Shown here: positions 1 to 13,980 of the stretch, piece by piece
Layout: each line of letters starts with the position of its first letter
Position numbering within the stretch: the first letter of the stretch is position 1
Assembly (NCBI GenBank): GCA_002633005.1
Contig: NMRA01000059.1
Location: 423,883 to 487,882 of the forward strand
Reading direction: 5' to 3'
Length of the DNA: 64,000 bases
DNA from: Phoronis australis
Lineage: Eukaryota; Animalia; Phoronida
The notes under the pieces: model-generated
Seen by the model: only the letters and a program-made list of their open reading frames with translations
Databases searched by the model: none
What the model was told of the DNA's origin: nothing
Made by a program: the position numbers and the translations under genes

Positions 1-2590
1 TCTAATTGGTTTGTGCCCCCTCCCAATTTCGTCTTGTGTACAAATGATCCAGAAAGTTTCACACAATACGGTCAAAGATTTTGTAATTACTACACACGCC
101 AAATTGTGACCTTGCAAGGGGTTAAGTTGATATAAACACAGATGTCAACAAGAGCAAAGAGAAGCGTTGAAATGCGCCCACGATAGCACTGCAAAAGGTG
201 TGCTTCAATGAGTATTTTTAGTTTATAAGAATGTCCATTAGATGCCGCAGCGGAGACTGGGGGTGAGGCGGAGAGGGGGGAGCTGGACGGAGAGGTATCA
301 CCATTTGTACTTTTGTATACATGTTACGATTTGAGTTCTAATAAAGATTAAACTTGAACGAATGGCTCGTGTATAGTTTTGATGGCTGTCTCAAATGTTC
401 AGGTGGTGCTGTAATCTGGAAAGTTTAATTAACTAAACTAATTAAGCTTCTCTGATGATCAAAATCTACCACTGTTTTGGTACTTCAAGTTTAAAAATAA
501 AATAAAAAGATATCAACCCGTTCCCGGTAAAAAAACAGGTAGACAGGAGTATTAAAACCAGCATGAAACATATTGTTCCTTTGGGAAATGGTCCTCGGTC
601 AAGATAAACACATCAAATTAACTTGTTAGTCATTTTGTAATATTTAAAATGTAGCAAGTTAAAACTACTCTCCACAGCTAGGTGCAGGCTATATCTCAGT
701 GCAAATGCCAGAGAAAACCAATTTGGGTGTAATAACAACCATAATTGTTGAAACAGTGGAAGCTATTACCTTTCCATTTAATTAGCTCAGATCTACATCA
801 ACACCAAGGGCGAGCTGAATAGGCATCATAAAAAGTGTCTGGCGCTGAGGGAATCTGAGCGGTGACCAGCGTAAGCGAGAAATTCTCCACACGAATTTCA
901 TTACATTCGTTGTCGCCGCATCCGACATCCAGGTTCCTGCAGTTTGTGTTGGGTTTGATTTAACTCGAATTTAAGTAGTGTCAAGGTATTTTTGTCAAAC
1001 ACCTTGACACTCTTGTTGACCCGGTCTTTGACAATTAACCCACCATCACCAACTGCTTGCCTCTAACACCCTTGTCTTTTTTCAGCTTCCCGAGACCTTG
1101 CGCAGGCCTAAACCCCCGCTCTACAGCCGATTGAGGGCGAGGCTAGGGTGGACAGTGGGTATCTCACATCGTTCACAGTTTATTTGTCAAGCTTCGTCTC
1201 AGTTTTTGAACCGAACAATAGTCAATACGCCTTTTGATGACGACGAATTTTGTCCATATGTTGCCTGTTTTTAACTTCCTCTAAAGTGACCACTCGGTGG
1301 TCATTTGTGTGAAGACAACGAGCGTGTAAACATTCATCTGCAAAAATTTTTCCGGTACTGAATACAAATGAATACAGCGGCATCGGGTTTTTGGATGTCG
1401 CAACAGAAACCGTCCTTTTCCCGCAAAATTTCACTCCGGCTTATTAGTAACTTCACGCCGCAAATAATTGCTTTACGCACGTAATTTAACGATGTAACGT
1501 TCGCCCATTTTACCAACGAGTCAACTGCTGGTTTAACGCCATCTGCAAAACGAAAGCACGGATGTTATGAAGACGACAAACTGTTACACATGACCAAAAA
1601 TCTTTGACATGACCGACAGGAGACAGTGTTATATCAGTTATCAATGAACTCCACACTCAGGCGCTAACATCAATTAACGCGCGCTGTTTGCTATGAACTC
1701 ACCTACTGTCAAAAAAAATGATTTAAATGCTTAACCATTATGAAATTCGTTTCAATTTGCTCCGTAATATAATCAGAGACGATTTATTGCCTCGGCAAAA
1801 CCAAAAGTTTCATTATTAGTGGACAGTAGGTTTTTACGCCTGTCACCACTTCACTTTCGGCGGGGGATAAAAATACCCTTTCTTCACATTTTCACGGGGT
1901 TTGAACTTAATTAATTTTCACCTGGCCGTGAAAAAATACATCTCATTGTTATTGATAACGTGCAGCTGGATGGATATTCGAAGGAAAGTTGGTGCTTTTC
2001 AACGGTTTGACTAGAATTTAACCTGGTACAGAAGCCTCATGGCAAGTAATATCCGGTATTAAATGTATTCAACTAAAAAGGTTACTAGACACAATTTTAT
2101 ATTCTACCGAATCGCCAGAATCCAACATCGCGGGAATGGATTGAATAAAAAACATCGGATTTTGCAATTTAAAAATTTTGGTCAAAAGTAATAATTTCAG
2201 GAAGTCTATCCTAACAAATAAAATAATACGCCCAAAATACGTTTTTCGGCCTTCTTTGAAGTTCATGCAGATCCATCTATCGTCGTTTTGGTTTGTGTCG
2301 TTTTTTAATACTTAAGACTGGCACATTATAAAAGATTTAATCACCCTAACTTGACTCGGTTGTTTTAGTTTTCATAAAAATCGACCCAAGAGATTCAAAG
2401 TAATTTCAGAGAAACCATACCATGCCACTGCAGAAGCGTCGTCTTATTCTTGAATAAAAGTGAAATTCAATTGTTGAGTAAGCCAAAGTATTCGCAATAT
2501 GTATTGCCATATAGCAGGCAATCACACAGAAATTCTGAGCACTGCCAGTTCACCTTGACTACGATAACACAACCCGACCGCAGAGACGGG

Positions 2591-2984
2591 CCTGTGCCGG
2601 GTTGCATGAAAAAATCCCAAATACTGCTTCAACTAAGTTCCCCATATATTTTGCCCGGCTTTCTGTGTATTTGTTTAATCACAGATGTAAACTTTTTCTA
2701 TCATATCATCTTCATTATGACCTCCTCCTCGACTTAAGACAATTTCTAATAATATAATTAACTGAAAAACTGAGTTCTGAATTCAATGATAAGGACTTAG
2801 TCTTTAAGTTAGGAGTGTTGTATGAAAAGATCCCTAAATAGTTACGATAATATTAACTAAGTAATGAAATTTAAATAGCAGAAGAAAGGACAATCAGTGT
2901 TTTCACAAGTCCACAAATATGCAGTAGATTTATGGAACTTAGTTGAGTCCCTATTTGGGACTGTTTCATGCAATCGGGCACTGG
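2591..2984. mobile_element. MITE with ~50-bp imperfect terminal inverted repeats (PIF/Harbinger-like)
   Basis: cctgtgccgggttgcatgaaaaaatcccaaata...caactaagttcc at the left end matches the reverse complement of ggaacttagttgag...tatttgggactgtttcatgcaatcgggcactgg at the right end; non-coding interior. Superfamily is inferred. Confidence 0.6.
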
Positions 2985-3899
2985 ACGTCAAAAACTCGTA
3001 AAAATACGTTTTTGAATACATCGTGGCTAATCTACTTTTTGGCGATTCTCACATGAGAGTTATTCTCTTTGAATATGGCAAGAACTTGTAGAAAATATCG
3101 TCAGATTCACTATTTTTGAAATACAGACGAAATAAAAAGTTCTCTTAGTCCCTGCACTGATGGCCTGCAGCCCAATGAGTTTTCAAATTTTCAATAATCA
3201 TGAGTTCACTAGTACCCAGTAAACCTCTCCCAAGAGCAGATAATCGCCGTTGTTTTGTTTATATTTACATCAAAGGCCAAAGATCACATTTAATAACTTT
3301 CTCTATGAGGAAATAAATACCATGTCTAGCCAGTGAAAGAGACGCTTTGCCGGCCACCATCATGGTGCCGGGGTCGAGCAGTGGACACATCAATTTCGAA
3401 ATTTGAAACTTAAGGAAAATGCTTCGACATCAACAAAAATTCAAAATCTTTTCGAACATTCAGTAAAAACACCCGATGAACAGTTTGACTTCTGTTTCAA
3501 TGGCAGTGACACATTTCGCATCTCAATACCAGCCCAACTCAGTGACGAAACAGATGTAGGCCTAATATATTGTGTGCGATCGTCGAAGATGGCCTTCGGC
3601 TAAACAGCTCCTCAATCTTTCGTGGCTCTCCTTGTCATTCTAAAATATTTTTTAGTAAACAAATGTTCATTGTATGAGAGTGGCTTAATAAAGTACAACA
3701 ATGTCTCCGAGCTTTATCATGACGGCCTGGCTCACTGTGAGCCAGACACAACCAGTGATAAAAGCGTTACCTATCGGCAGGAATTTTTTCCCGGAAGTTG
3801 GTATCCAAGTGCATACGAAACGGAGTGGTCATTCACGACCCGTGTCTTTCTGCGTTGTTCGTCACCTTAGATTAAAAACAGGTAGGAAACTGAGTGTTT

Positions 3900-4300
3900 T
3901 AAGTGCAACACACGACCAATGAAAGGTACGCAGACGAATTCCGGCTTACCAAAGAACTATCCATACGTTCCGTTGCCTGGTATTTCTTGATCAGTGCATT
4001 CCGGTTCGAACTGATAGCCTGTGATACCTAACGATCCGACCCGTTAAGTCTTCGTCGGATCAGTTCTTGACTAAGTCGGGATTGGCGCCGGGCGAGTTGC
4101 CATCTAGACGTTTATTATTTTGCGTTCTGTTTCAAAATGAATTATTCTCATCCCAACCAATGCTTGAAATTGAAACAAAGCCCGTCTCATTAGATACAAT
4201 TTGTAATGCCTTGGAGTGCTCGTGTGTGCAAATTTTTGAGAAGCCAGCAATGAATAAACCACTGCGTTACCGGCTTTTGATGCCGGAAACAAAGGTAATT
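3900..4300 (+). promoter_or_regulatory. Possible promoter and non-coding first exon of the gene starting at 9397
   Basis: Locally CpG-enriched. CCAAT near 3916, ETS-like ttccgg, E2F-like ttggcgcc near 4082, and a donor-like aaag|gtaatt near 4293. The first coding exon has an acceptor (tttgcag, 9368) upstream of its ATG, so a 5' exon must exist somewhere. Confidence 0.3.
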
Positions 4301-4679
4301 GACCGGGCACCGAGGCCGTGTGAGCACATGCTAATTCAGTCATTTTGAGTCATTGCTGACAGAAAGCTGTTGTGAACGAATTACTCGATTTTATATGCTA
4401 TGGTCTATTGTTACTATGGTCACATGTTAGGGGAATCTTTATATAGAAATACAAATACATTATTCAAATCATTGTTACTGTACAACTTTTGCCCTGACGG
4501 TCCGTGGAAGGGGCACCCGACTTTGTGGCTCCCGACAAGTAAGTAGATTTTCAGTTTCGTGGCTAATTCACATAAATAATTACGTGCACATTATTTCTTT
4601 GGCTCACTATTATTGTCTTTTCGTGACTGGAGGTTTAGTTTCCAACTCAAGCTGGTTTATGTTCGTGCCAGTCGCGGCG

Positions 4680-4780
4680 GCCGCGACGGGCCTGATCGGG
4701 TTCCGAGCCACTGGCCGGGATAACGAGTCAGTCTAGCCGCGACTGGCCTGATCGGGTTCCGAGCCACTGGCCGGGATAAC
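4680..4780. repeat. GC-rich ~45-bp direct duplication (period 56)
   Basis: gccgcgac(g/t)ggcctgatcgggttccgagccactggccgggataac occurs twice. Confidence 0.85.
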
Positions 4781-6722
4781 AAGCATTTTGTGTGTTTGGA
4801 ACTCAAAAAATCACAAGTATAAACAACATAGATCTAAGTTCTCCTGTCTATATTTCACGGAAGAATACTTCAAATTTATCTCCGAACAGACCCAGAACTT
4901 TGTAGGCCACGATGTGTCCAAATACCAGTAAATCCGTAACAGCGAAATAAAACAACACGTTTTTATAAGAACTTGGTGTAATTTTAAGTGTTTTACACCG
5001 AAGTTTGATGATTTATTGGTGTTAAACGTTGAATTCAAGCGATAAGCTGACACCACTAACCCGTGCTGTGAACTGTTGAACAGACTGCGTGTGAAACCAA
5101 TTACGTCATTAGATAATTTCAACACCTCCGTCTGCCGTCAGGTGTCAGGTAACGCAACCAAACCTGCCGTTATCGAATAGTTAACTTCTACTACTACTAA
5201 ATTGATACAAAATAGGTTGTTTTTTGGGTGGCATTCTCCTTTAACATTATTCACTCAAAGCTGTTTTTCAAAGTACACAGAAGTGAACATTTCCATTCCA
5301 GGCTCATCTATTCATGGATCCACATGGGGTAATAAAAAATTATCTTCTAAGGACCTTAAACCATTTGCTAAGGAGTGTTAAGTTATGCAGCCCAACTGGA
5401 AAGTTGTATTACTGAGCGGGGTTTGCAGAGAACTACTTTCACTGACTTTGCATGTCTCGGCGTTACCATCAAAGTCATTCTGAATCCATAGATGGTAATA
5501 AAACAAGTATTTTCTTAGCCAGGACCATAAACACTTTCTTTCACCGTGTTTTGTTACACAGTCCAACTGGAACAGCTGTATGACTTAGAGGAAGGTTCAC
5601 AAAGAACTACTATCACTGACCTTGCGTCAGTTTCACGAGGCCTATTGTGAGTTATCAAGGACCTTGATTTACAACCATTCCCAAAATTCTAAGCTTAAGT
5701 GAGAACAAGTTAAACCTTTCAAGCCCAAAATAGACCTGTCTAAATGTGTAGTCCTTAAAATTACTCTAGGGAAAGAATCTCACTGTACTTATCTGTATGT
5801 ATTCTTTATTCAGAAGACAATGCATTAAAACTGTCCTTTGTGCTGTGCTGTGCTGCATCGATTTATTACCACCAAAGTCACTCGACATCTCATAGAATGA
5901 TGTTATTTTAAGGAAAACGTGAACACAAAATGTAAAGTCTTTTCGAAATGAAAAATTTCCATGAAAAGATTACACATGACACATGTTTGAGCAAACAATC
6001 AGATTTTCTAAACATGTAAACAGTTATCAAAAATTAGCTTTAATCATACTGTAATGGAAAATTTTCCGAAATGTGACCAATTAAATGTCATAATTTGTTC
6101 TGGTATAATTGATTATTTTTTCTTGTATCTCTCTCATTGTTTAGTTATTTTTTTGATGTGTCTATCGAAGGTAAATGGCTCACTTTGAATACTTACTATA
6201 TTAAAACGGTAGTGCGTCAGCGACATTGGTTGAAGTATCCCACGCTTTCTGCCAAGATAATAATTTATTTAGTGCAAACTGGAAATTACAGATCCTATTA
6301 GCCATGATTTATTTTTACACGTAACGACTCGGACTGGCTCTTGCGCAGCCTTGTAGCCAAGGTGAAACCAGTGTGCCGAATGGCAACCTTAACCGTTAAC
6401 ATCTAAATGCCAGCCAGGGTTTGTATTGTGTATAGGTCTACAGTGTGCGTCTGTGTCTTACGGGGATCAATGCAAAAATTGAGCTAGGAGGTCGACCCAT
6501 AGAAGAAGCCTGTAGGGCTGTAGTTCTAAGTGGTGTTTGACGTCACTTACACAAGTCCGTCGGAAGAAATAGTCCTCGTGAATTGTTAAAGAACTTGTTT
6601 TTTTTGCACTAACTAGACTATTTTGTTGACAAAATTTGTTATAGTGTGAGAAAAACAAGATTTGGGAATAGAAAGACAAACACCTTCAATGTTAATTTTT
6701 TTAGTCAGCCTGGTATTTGGGG

Positions 6723-6874
6723 AGTGCTCTATTCTGTGATAGTGCTCTATTCTGTGATAGTGCTCTATTCTGTGATAGTGCTCTATTCTGTGATAGTGCT
6801 CTATTCTGTGATAGTGCTCTATTCTGTGATAGTGCTCTATTCTGTGATAGTGCTCTATTCTGTGATAGTGCTCT
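6723..6874. repeat. 18-bp perfect minisatellite (agtgctctattctgtgat) x ~8.4
   Basis: Read directly; explains the repetitive spurious ORFs on both strands. Confidence 0.95.
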
Positions 6875-7183
6875 TGCCACAACCTGTGTGTTAGTCAGTG
6901 AGTAATACGGGCTCAAACTTGGAAATACAGAATGTAGACCTAACTTTTACAAGGGAAGAAACTGTAAATGGTTAGTGACATGGTCTTTATGTTCCAATCC
7001 AATTCTGAGCAGCCTAATGGTATCAACAATTGTTCAGTTAAAGACCATCAACTAATGTGGGCTAGAATAATAACCAGCTTTTGTACCTTTCTGTTTAATG
7101 TATCTTTTGATAATGGTAATAACTGTTAAACAACTGTGTAAAGTTAATAGAGACTGCAACAAGGAGAGTCCATTTCGAATTAC

Positions 7184-7985
7184 NNNNNNNNNNNNNNNNN
7201 NNNNNNNNNNNNNNNNNNNNNNNNNNNNNNNNNNNNNNNNNNNNNNNNNNNNNNNNNNNNNNNNNNNNNNNNNNNNNNNNNNNNNNNNNNNNNNNNNNNN
7301 NNNNNNNNNNNNNNNNNNNNNNNNNNNNNNNNNNNNNNNNNNNNNNNNNNNNNNNNNNNNNNNNNNNNNNNNNNNNNNNNNNNNNNNNNNNNNNNNNNNN
7401 NNNNNNNNNNNNNNNNNNNNNNNNNNNNNNNNNNNNNNNNNNNNNNNNNNNNNNNNNNNNNNNNNNNNNNNNNNNNNNNNNNNNNNNNNNNNNNNNNNNN
7501 NNNNNNNNNNNNNNNNNNNNNNNNNNNNNNNNNNNNNNNNNNNNNNNNNNNNNNNNNNNNNNNNNNNNNNNNNNNNNNNNNNNNNNNNNNNNNNNNNNNN
7601 NNNNNNNNNNNNNNNNNNNNNNNNNNNNNNNNNNNNNNNNNNNNNNNNNNNNNNNNNNNNNNNNNNNNNNNNNNNNNNNNNNNNNNNNNNNNNNNNNNNN
7701 NNNNNNNNNNNNNNNNNNNNNNNNNNNNNNNNNNNNNNNNNNNNNNNNNNNNNNNNNNNNNNNNNNNNNNNNNNNNNNNNNNNNNNNNNNNNNNNNNNNN
7801 NNNNNNNNNNNNNNNNNNNNNNNNNNNNNNNNNNNNNNNNNNNNNNNNNNNNNNNNNNNNNNNNNNNNNNNNNNNNNNNNNNNNNNNNNNNNNNNNNNNN
7901 NNNNNNNNNNNNNNNNNNNNNNNNNNNNNNNNNNNNNNNNNNNNNNNNNNNNNNNNNNNNNNNNNNNNNNNNNNNNNNNNNNNNN
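7184..7985. other. Assembly gap (N run)
   Basis: N characters. Confidence 1.
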
Positions 7986-9396
7986 CTCTTAGTTCCAGGC
8001 CATAAGACCACGCTTCTTAAAGTTTGGCACCCCTGTTCCTTTAAAGTGCTAACAAGGAAACCACATAATGTGATGTCAATGGAGTTGAACTTTTATGACC
8101 GTTAATGGGCAATAGGTTTTAGTTCTTGGTAACAATCACAAACCAGCTTCTCCTCATAGAAAGACTCGACGGTATGTTACTTTGAGTGTTTGTAGGCCTA
8201 AAAACTTTTAAAAAATGCAATATTTTGCATCCTTGAGGGTAAAATTTGTTAAATATTTGTGCTACAGGGCTTCTTTGAAACTTAGGTTGAATTCCGTTTG
8301 TTAATATTTTGCATATGGTTTAGAATCCTGGCGCACTGTGTGAAGTGAGAACTGGTTCCATGGTGTTGGAAATGATACCCTGTTTACGATTTTGATGTAA
8401 GAATGGTCCTTATTTTTATAAATGTGGTATGAAGACCACATCATACATCAGTCATGGGGTTTAACTATGGGTGGCTAATCTCCATATCTTTGACTAGGTA
8501 TAAATAATGGGTGACAAATATTGGGGCAAGTAGTTTGATATCAATTAAAGTGCAAATTTCAGCAAGCGATATGTTGTCATTGTATCCCAGTGCCTTTTGA
8601 AATGTGTAAAATTGAGTTTGGATTTGTGTATATACTATTCCTCATTTACGAAACGGCTGATTTGATGCATTTTTAAAACGCAAAGTATTTTGCTTTGTTT
8701 GATATGCTACATACGAGACAAACATTTGAAACTTTTGGTACAAATATGACTCACAAGTTTTGAAAGGTATACCTATGGTGTCATTTTCTAGGCCTAGTGA
8801 TACCCCCAATAACCCTGAGGTCCCGCTCCAGGCTAATCCTCCATGTTTGTACAAGATGTTTGTATGTCATATAGGCTATGATACCGTAATAAATAACTGA
8901 TTAGAACAGACACTATGGCATTGGTGATGTGCAAACAGGATGATGGTGGAGAAATTACAAACCAGTGACTGAGCTAATTCAGTGTTAAAAGTTACGTCAC
9001 GCTTATTTGATAGGTTTTGGATTGTTTACAGAACTCAATGTCACGGTGTGCTGAAGTTATTGAGAACCAGCTGTAGAGCGTGTTTTTGTGGGTGCGTGCA
9101 TGTTGAGTTTAATAATGCAGGAATTTTGGGGTGACGTTTTGCGAATAGTTATCGATAATACTTTGTGGCGGGAACTAGTTTCGAGCAAAATTTCATGTAA
9201 CGAAGTTTCATTTAACGAAGTTTCATTTAATGAATTACTGTTTTATTGAACTAGAAGAATTATTCTACTCATTGCTACAAACTTTCTTTCGATACATATA
9301 AGTGTACTGCCTTTCACCCAAAACTTCCTGTTCCGTAAACTAGTTACCTCAACTTTTTCTGTTTGCAGGTCTGTGCAGTTTACCTGAAATTTAATC

Positions 9397-12300
9397 ATGG
9401 TGGATGGCGACACCGCTAGTCCCGATGTGGTCAACGAATCATCTAAAGAGAATACGAATAGTGATGTGAAAGAGAACTCTATTCACACTTCTGATGGTCA
9501 GCCAGAGGAGTCGGCAAAGACTGCCAACGGGACTGGAGAAACAGCAGAAGAAACTCCTGCTAAGGCGAACCAAGGATCTGATGGAAGTGAAGCTGTGGCA
9601 GATGTTACTGCCAAACCTGATGCAGGGGAGACAATTGTTAATGGAGCGAGCGGGGAGGATGCTGGCGTGAAGAAAGATGATGGTGGTAGTTCAACTGGAG
9701 CTGCGACTCAAGGTAATACTGAATCAAGTGGTACTGTCGGTGATGTTAAAAATGATGGTGAGCCAAGTAGCAATGAAGGTGATGCTAATAGCAAGGCTGA
9801 GCCAAATGGAACTGAAAGTGATGTGAAGACGAGTGCTGAGCCAAGTGGTACTGAAACTGCTGCAAAGAATGATGCTGAGACAAGTGGTCCTGAAAGTGAT
9901 GGAAAAGATAAAGTTGAGCCAAGTGGTGCTACGAGCGATAGTAGGAGTACTGCTGAGCCAAGTGGTACTGAAAGTGAAGTAAAAGATAAGGTTGAGGCAA
10001 GTGGTACTGAAAGCGACGTAAAAGATAAGGTTGAGGCAAGTGGTACTGAGAGTGACGTAAAGAGTAATGCTGAGCCAAGTAGTGCTGAAAGTGATGCGAA
10101 GACAAATGCTGAGTCAAGTGTTACTGAAACTGCTGCAAAGAGTGATGTCGAGCCAAGTGGTACTGAAAGTGATGTAAAGGATAAGGTTGAACCAAGTAAT
10201 GCTGAAAGTGATGTAAAGAGTAGTGCTGAGCCAAGTGGTACTGAGAGCGATGTAAAGAGTAATGCTGAGTCAAGTGTTACCGAAACTGCTGCAAAGAATG
10301 ATGTCGAGCCTAGTGGTACTGAAAGTGATGTAAAGAGTATTGCTGAGCCAAGTAGTGCTGAAAGTGATGCGAAGAGTAATGCTGAGCCAAGTGGTACTGA
10401 AAGTGATGTTAAGAACAACGTTGAGCCAAGTAAACCTGATGTTGATGCAAAGAAAAGCGTCGAGCCAACTGGAGTTGCAACTAATGCTGCTCAAGATAAT
10501 AGCAAGCCAAGTGAATCTGGTGACAATGCTACTGATATTACTGATGCTGGTAATGATGTAAAGAATACTGCTGAGCCAAATGAATCTGTAAACAATGTAA
10601 AAGATAACGTTGAACAAAAGGACACTTCAAGTGCTGCTGCAGACAGTAATGAATCAAGCGGAGCAGTAACTGGTATAACAGAGCCTGAACCGACTGCAGA
10701 AAGTACCTCGCAAGAAAACAAAGTAATTAAAGCAGACGTACCTGTTGGTAGCTCAACCAATGACAGCACAGATGCAGCTGCCAATCAGGAATCATTGCTT
10801 AGTAACAAGCAAGCAGAGAAGGAGGCTTTTCAAAAACTGATTGACGAAACTGTTGCCCTTCAGGCAACTTGCGATCGCCTCAAGGCTGAGTGCAGCGACT
10901 TTCAGACTAAACAGGATGTCCTCACCATTGAATTGGACGCGGAGAAAGAGAAAAGCCAAGTAAGTTATCTTGGAACTTTGATTACGAGACCAACGGTAGT
11001 GGAAGTTCCTTTTGTCTTTACTTTATTTTAATTCTTCACTGCTCAACATCTTGTGTTTGGATAAGTGATTTTATGCTGTAGTTTTAAGAACTTAAGTTCG
11101 ACATAAAAGGATTTTTCAATTCATTTTGTTTGCAAATGAAATATCTCTTTGAAAAATTCCTCTCTCCAGTTCTTAAAATTTTGAGCATTTGGATAGTTTT
11201 TCTCTGGATCCGTGTGCATTACATTCAAGATTCAAAAATCACTTTATTTTTAAATTTCAGAAGAATTTTCCTAATATTGTTTAGTAATCAGTGTCACTTG
11301 GAAGACTATTGATTGAATTTATTGAATACTGGCTCGGGTATAAGAGGTTGAAGTTCAGTGGCTGATTAGAGGCAAATCTGTGTGTCCTGGGGTCTTTTAA
11401 ATGGTTAGTAAGGGGCATTCAAACTTGGGAATTAAGTTAATTTTTGTGGTGTGGGTCTCTGGCTACTGTGATGTGGGTATCTGGCTACTGTGATGTGGGT
11501 CTCTGGCTACTGTGAAGCTTGGCCAACTGAGTCATTCCATATTCACTTTCTTGATTTGGTTGCATTTGAAGCGTGATTGGTCAAAGCCAAGGAAGAATAA
11601 TTAAGTTGAGCAAGTTTGTTAAAGCGATTATAGCAAAAGACATCTATAATTAGTCAACTCCATTCAGTCGATGATGTTCATGTAACATTGGGAATTCTTA
11701 CCTATTAATAAGCTCTAATCTGCATACCAGACCATAGATAAGTCTTCAAAGTTGCCGTTGTATCTGGCTCTAATACCTTTGAATGTCCAAACCTGTATTT
11801 CAATATTTTTTGTAAATTCGATGCTATATTAAGGTTGAAAATTCTTTAATTCAGACCCTTACCAAAGATGTGAAAAGATTGGAACATGAACTACGACTGA
11901 GCAAGGAGAAGCAGACGGATGGTGATCAGCAGACACAGCAGCAGATAAGGGAGACAACTCAAATGTCAGAGACATGGCAGACGAAAAGTGAACAATTGGC
12001 TGAACAGCTTAAGATGAAGGAGGAGAAGGAAAGACTATTGGGTCAACAGGTAAAAATGAAGGATCGCTCCAAAAGAACTTTTGCAGAATCCTTTTACTCT
12101 ACCATGATGACCCGTTTCTTTTGCAGCCAAAATGACGACTTCTGACATTAAGGACTATTAGGGGGAAGTCGTCTGTAAAAACATACAAAGACAGTAAGAC
12201 AAATCACGATTGGTGACGATTGTCAGTAACTGATTTTTGTTTGTGCTTGGCTGTTTTGACGTTGAAGTTACGTCGTTTTGATGTGGGAATGATACCTTGG

Positions 12301-13756
12301 TTTTTATCTGGTTATCTTGACGTTGGAGGCTGTCATGAGTAAACGCACACATTGAGAGCCCTCTGCTTTAATTTCAGAGGAATTTCTGATTGTATACAAA
12401 TTTTGAGGCAACGCTGTTACTTTTTTAATTTTCAAAAACTGTCTAAACTGAAGCCAATTTGACATTTTTAGTTACTTTTCTCTCAAGCAGAATTCTTGGT
12501 ATTTTTTCCATCCTTTGTTAATTGCTAAAATATTTAATGCATGCCCACATGGACCTGTCTAGTACTTGCATTACATTACCTTTCCTATCGCTTGTTTATA
12601 GGTCAGTGACTCTAAAGAAGACATTAAGCAGTTTGAAATCAAAATCAAAGATTTGCAGCTGAGGTTGAAACGCCTCACTAAGGTTTGTATGATTTATGTG
12701 TCCTGCAAATTTTAATACATCGTTGAAATTAAAGCGGCGCTTTGTGCGGCTTGCGAGCTTTATTGTGTCGATCTTTGTGCTTGACTGTGTAGATATATAA
12801 TTAGGTCTTTGTGATCTACCAGTCTTCCAAAGTTACTTGGCAATTTGGCGTCTCTCCGCTGTCGCTCTAAATTATGTACAATTTTTATTTATCAGAATTC
12901 TGACTTAAAACATGCGTTTGGATGTTTAGAATAAGTTTCAAATACACATTCAGCAACATATACTGCCCTCCAGGAGTTTTGAGCCTGTCAAGCCCCTTGC
13001 TGTCATGACTACGCTGGTATTTCAAGATTTGTGCTAAACAATGAAAGTGATGGAGGACTTTTACCAATATGGCATCCTCTAATGTGTAGACGACTATTTT
13101 GTTGATTAGTAATGTTGTCAGGACCTTTGTAGCCAACTAGTTTTGTTACAGTTCAAGTTGTTCATTTTTGGGCTTCAGCACAGTACAGCACACCATTTTA
13201 AGTTATGGTAGCAACTAGAATACCCAAGTCCATGCCTAACTGTTGACGCATTGTGAGCCGATGGTCAACAGCAACCTACACATGGAACTCAGACCTATCA
13301 TTCACCACCTGTAAACCTTATGTTGTTTTCAACTCTGAGTTGCATTATTTACGGTAATCTCGTCAAAATGTCAATTTTTCCACGTTTCAAAGATGGTTAC
13401 ACAATCGTGTGAAAAATCGCGAAAATTTTGCCTAAGTTTTGTTTCACGATAGCTGCTTCATACAAATCGTTATGTCTCCCATCTTGCGTATGGAATTGAC
13501 GAATGTTATTTTTTAATAAAAAAAATTCCAGGATGATCAAGAAAAGTCGCAAAAAGTTGAACTGCTTGAGAAGGAGTTGAAGGCGAAGAACGAGGTTCTT
13601 CAACAAGTTGAGGAGCAGATGGGAGAGGAGTTTGTCAAGTCCATCAAATCTAAGCAGACGACATCCGACTACCCTGGCAATAGCGTCCGAGAGGCACCAA
13701 CCAATATGGTGACAAATGCAGACAAACAGAAGTCTGGCGTCTGCTCAGTTATGTAA
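9397..13756 (+). CDS. Uncharacterised ~687-aa protein: acidic Ser/Glu/Thr-rich 13-aa repeats, C-terminal coiled coil, CaaX prenylation motif (CSVM)
   Basis: Exons 9397-10959, 11855-12049, 12602-12682, 13532-13756, all joined by phase-0 GT-AG introns into one continuous frame (...AEKEKSQ|TLTKDVKRLEHEL...LLGQQ|VSDSKEDIKQFEIKIKDLQLRLKRLTK|DDQEKSQKVELLEKEL...KQKSGVCSVM*). Confidence 0.85.
9715..10620 (+). repeat. Coding tandem repeat, 39-nt / 13-aa unit (consensus ~AEPSGTESDVKSN), about 20 copies, degenerate at the edges
   Basis: gctgagccaagtggtactgaaagtgatgtaaag recurs every 39 nt within the 544-aa ORF. Confidence 0.9.
11450..11515. repeat. 22-bp tandem repeat x3 (tgtgggtctctggctactgtga)
   Basis: Read directly; intronic. 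Confidence 0.9.
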
Positions 13757-13879
13757 ACTCAGCTGCAGCAGCAGATATCACTGAAATCTTTTCTTGACTC
13801 AAGAAAATTTGTAAAATAGCTGTCTGTGTAAATTTTTTGCCTAAGTCTGGTTTCAGTTCCGTAAACGCAGGACTCTCGC

Positions 13880-13980
13880 GAAGGAAGTTAGTGTGATTAC
13901 GTGCCTTGTGTGTAATACATGGTGATATTTTGTGAAGTCTTGCGTGATCTTGCATTTTTGCCAGGTTCATGCATTTACGG
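13880..13980 (+). repeat. Dispersed repeat fragment (second copy at ~33882-33980)
   Basis: aaggaag(t/c)tagtgtgat...atattttgtgaagtcttgc(g/a)tgatct...aggttc(a/t)tgcat(t/c)tac is shared by both sites. Confidence 0.7.

Noticed and set aside
1334-2266. Possible small - strand spliced gene (acceptor near 1543, donors near 1700 and 1920)
   Set aside because: Splice-like sites exist, but I found no recognisable protein and no convincing continuous frame.
6613-6916. ORFs with HYHRIE / VLYSVI / ALSQNR repeats; CRISPR-like appearance
   Set aside because: Translations of a perfect 18-bp minisatellite with no spacers; no cas genes and a eukaryotic context.
7052-8105. 319-aa and 335-aa ORFs
   Set aside because: Artefacts of reading through an N gap.
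9708-10784. Hydrophobic antisense ORFs (236 aa and others)
   Set aside because: Shadow frames of the 39-nt coding repeat on the opposite strand.
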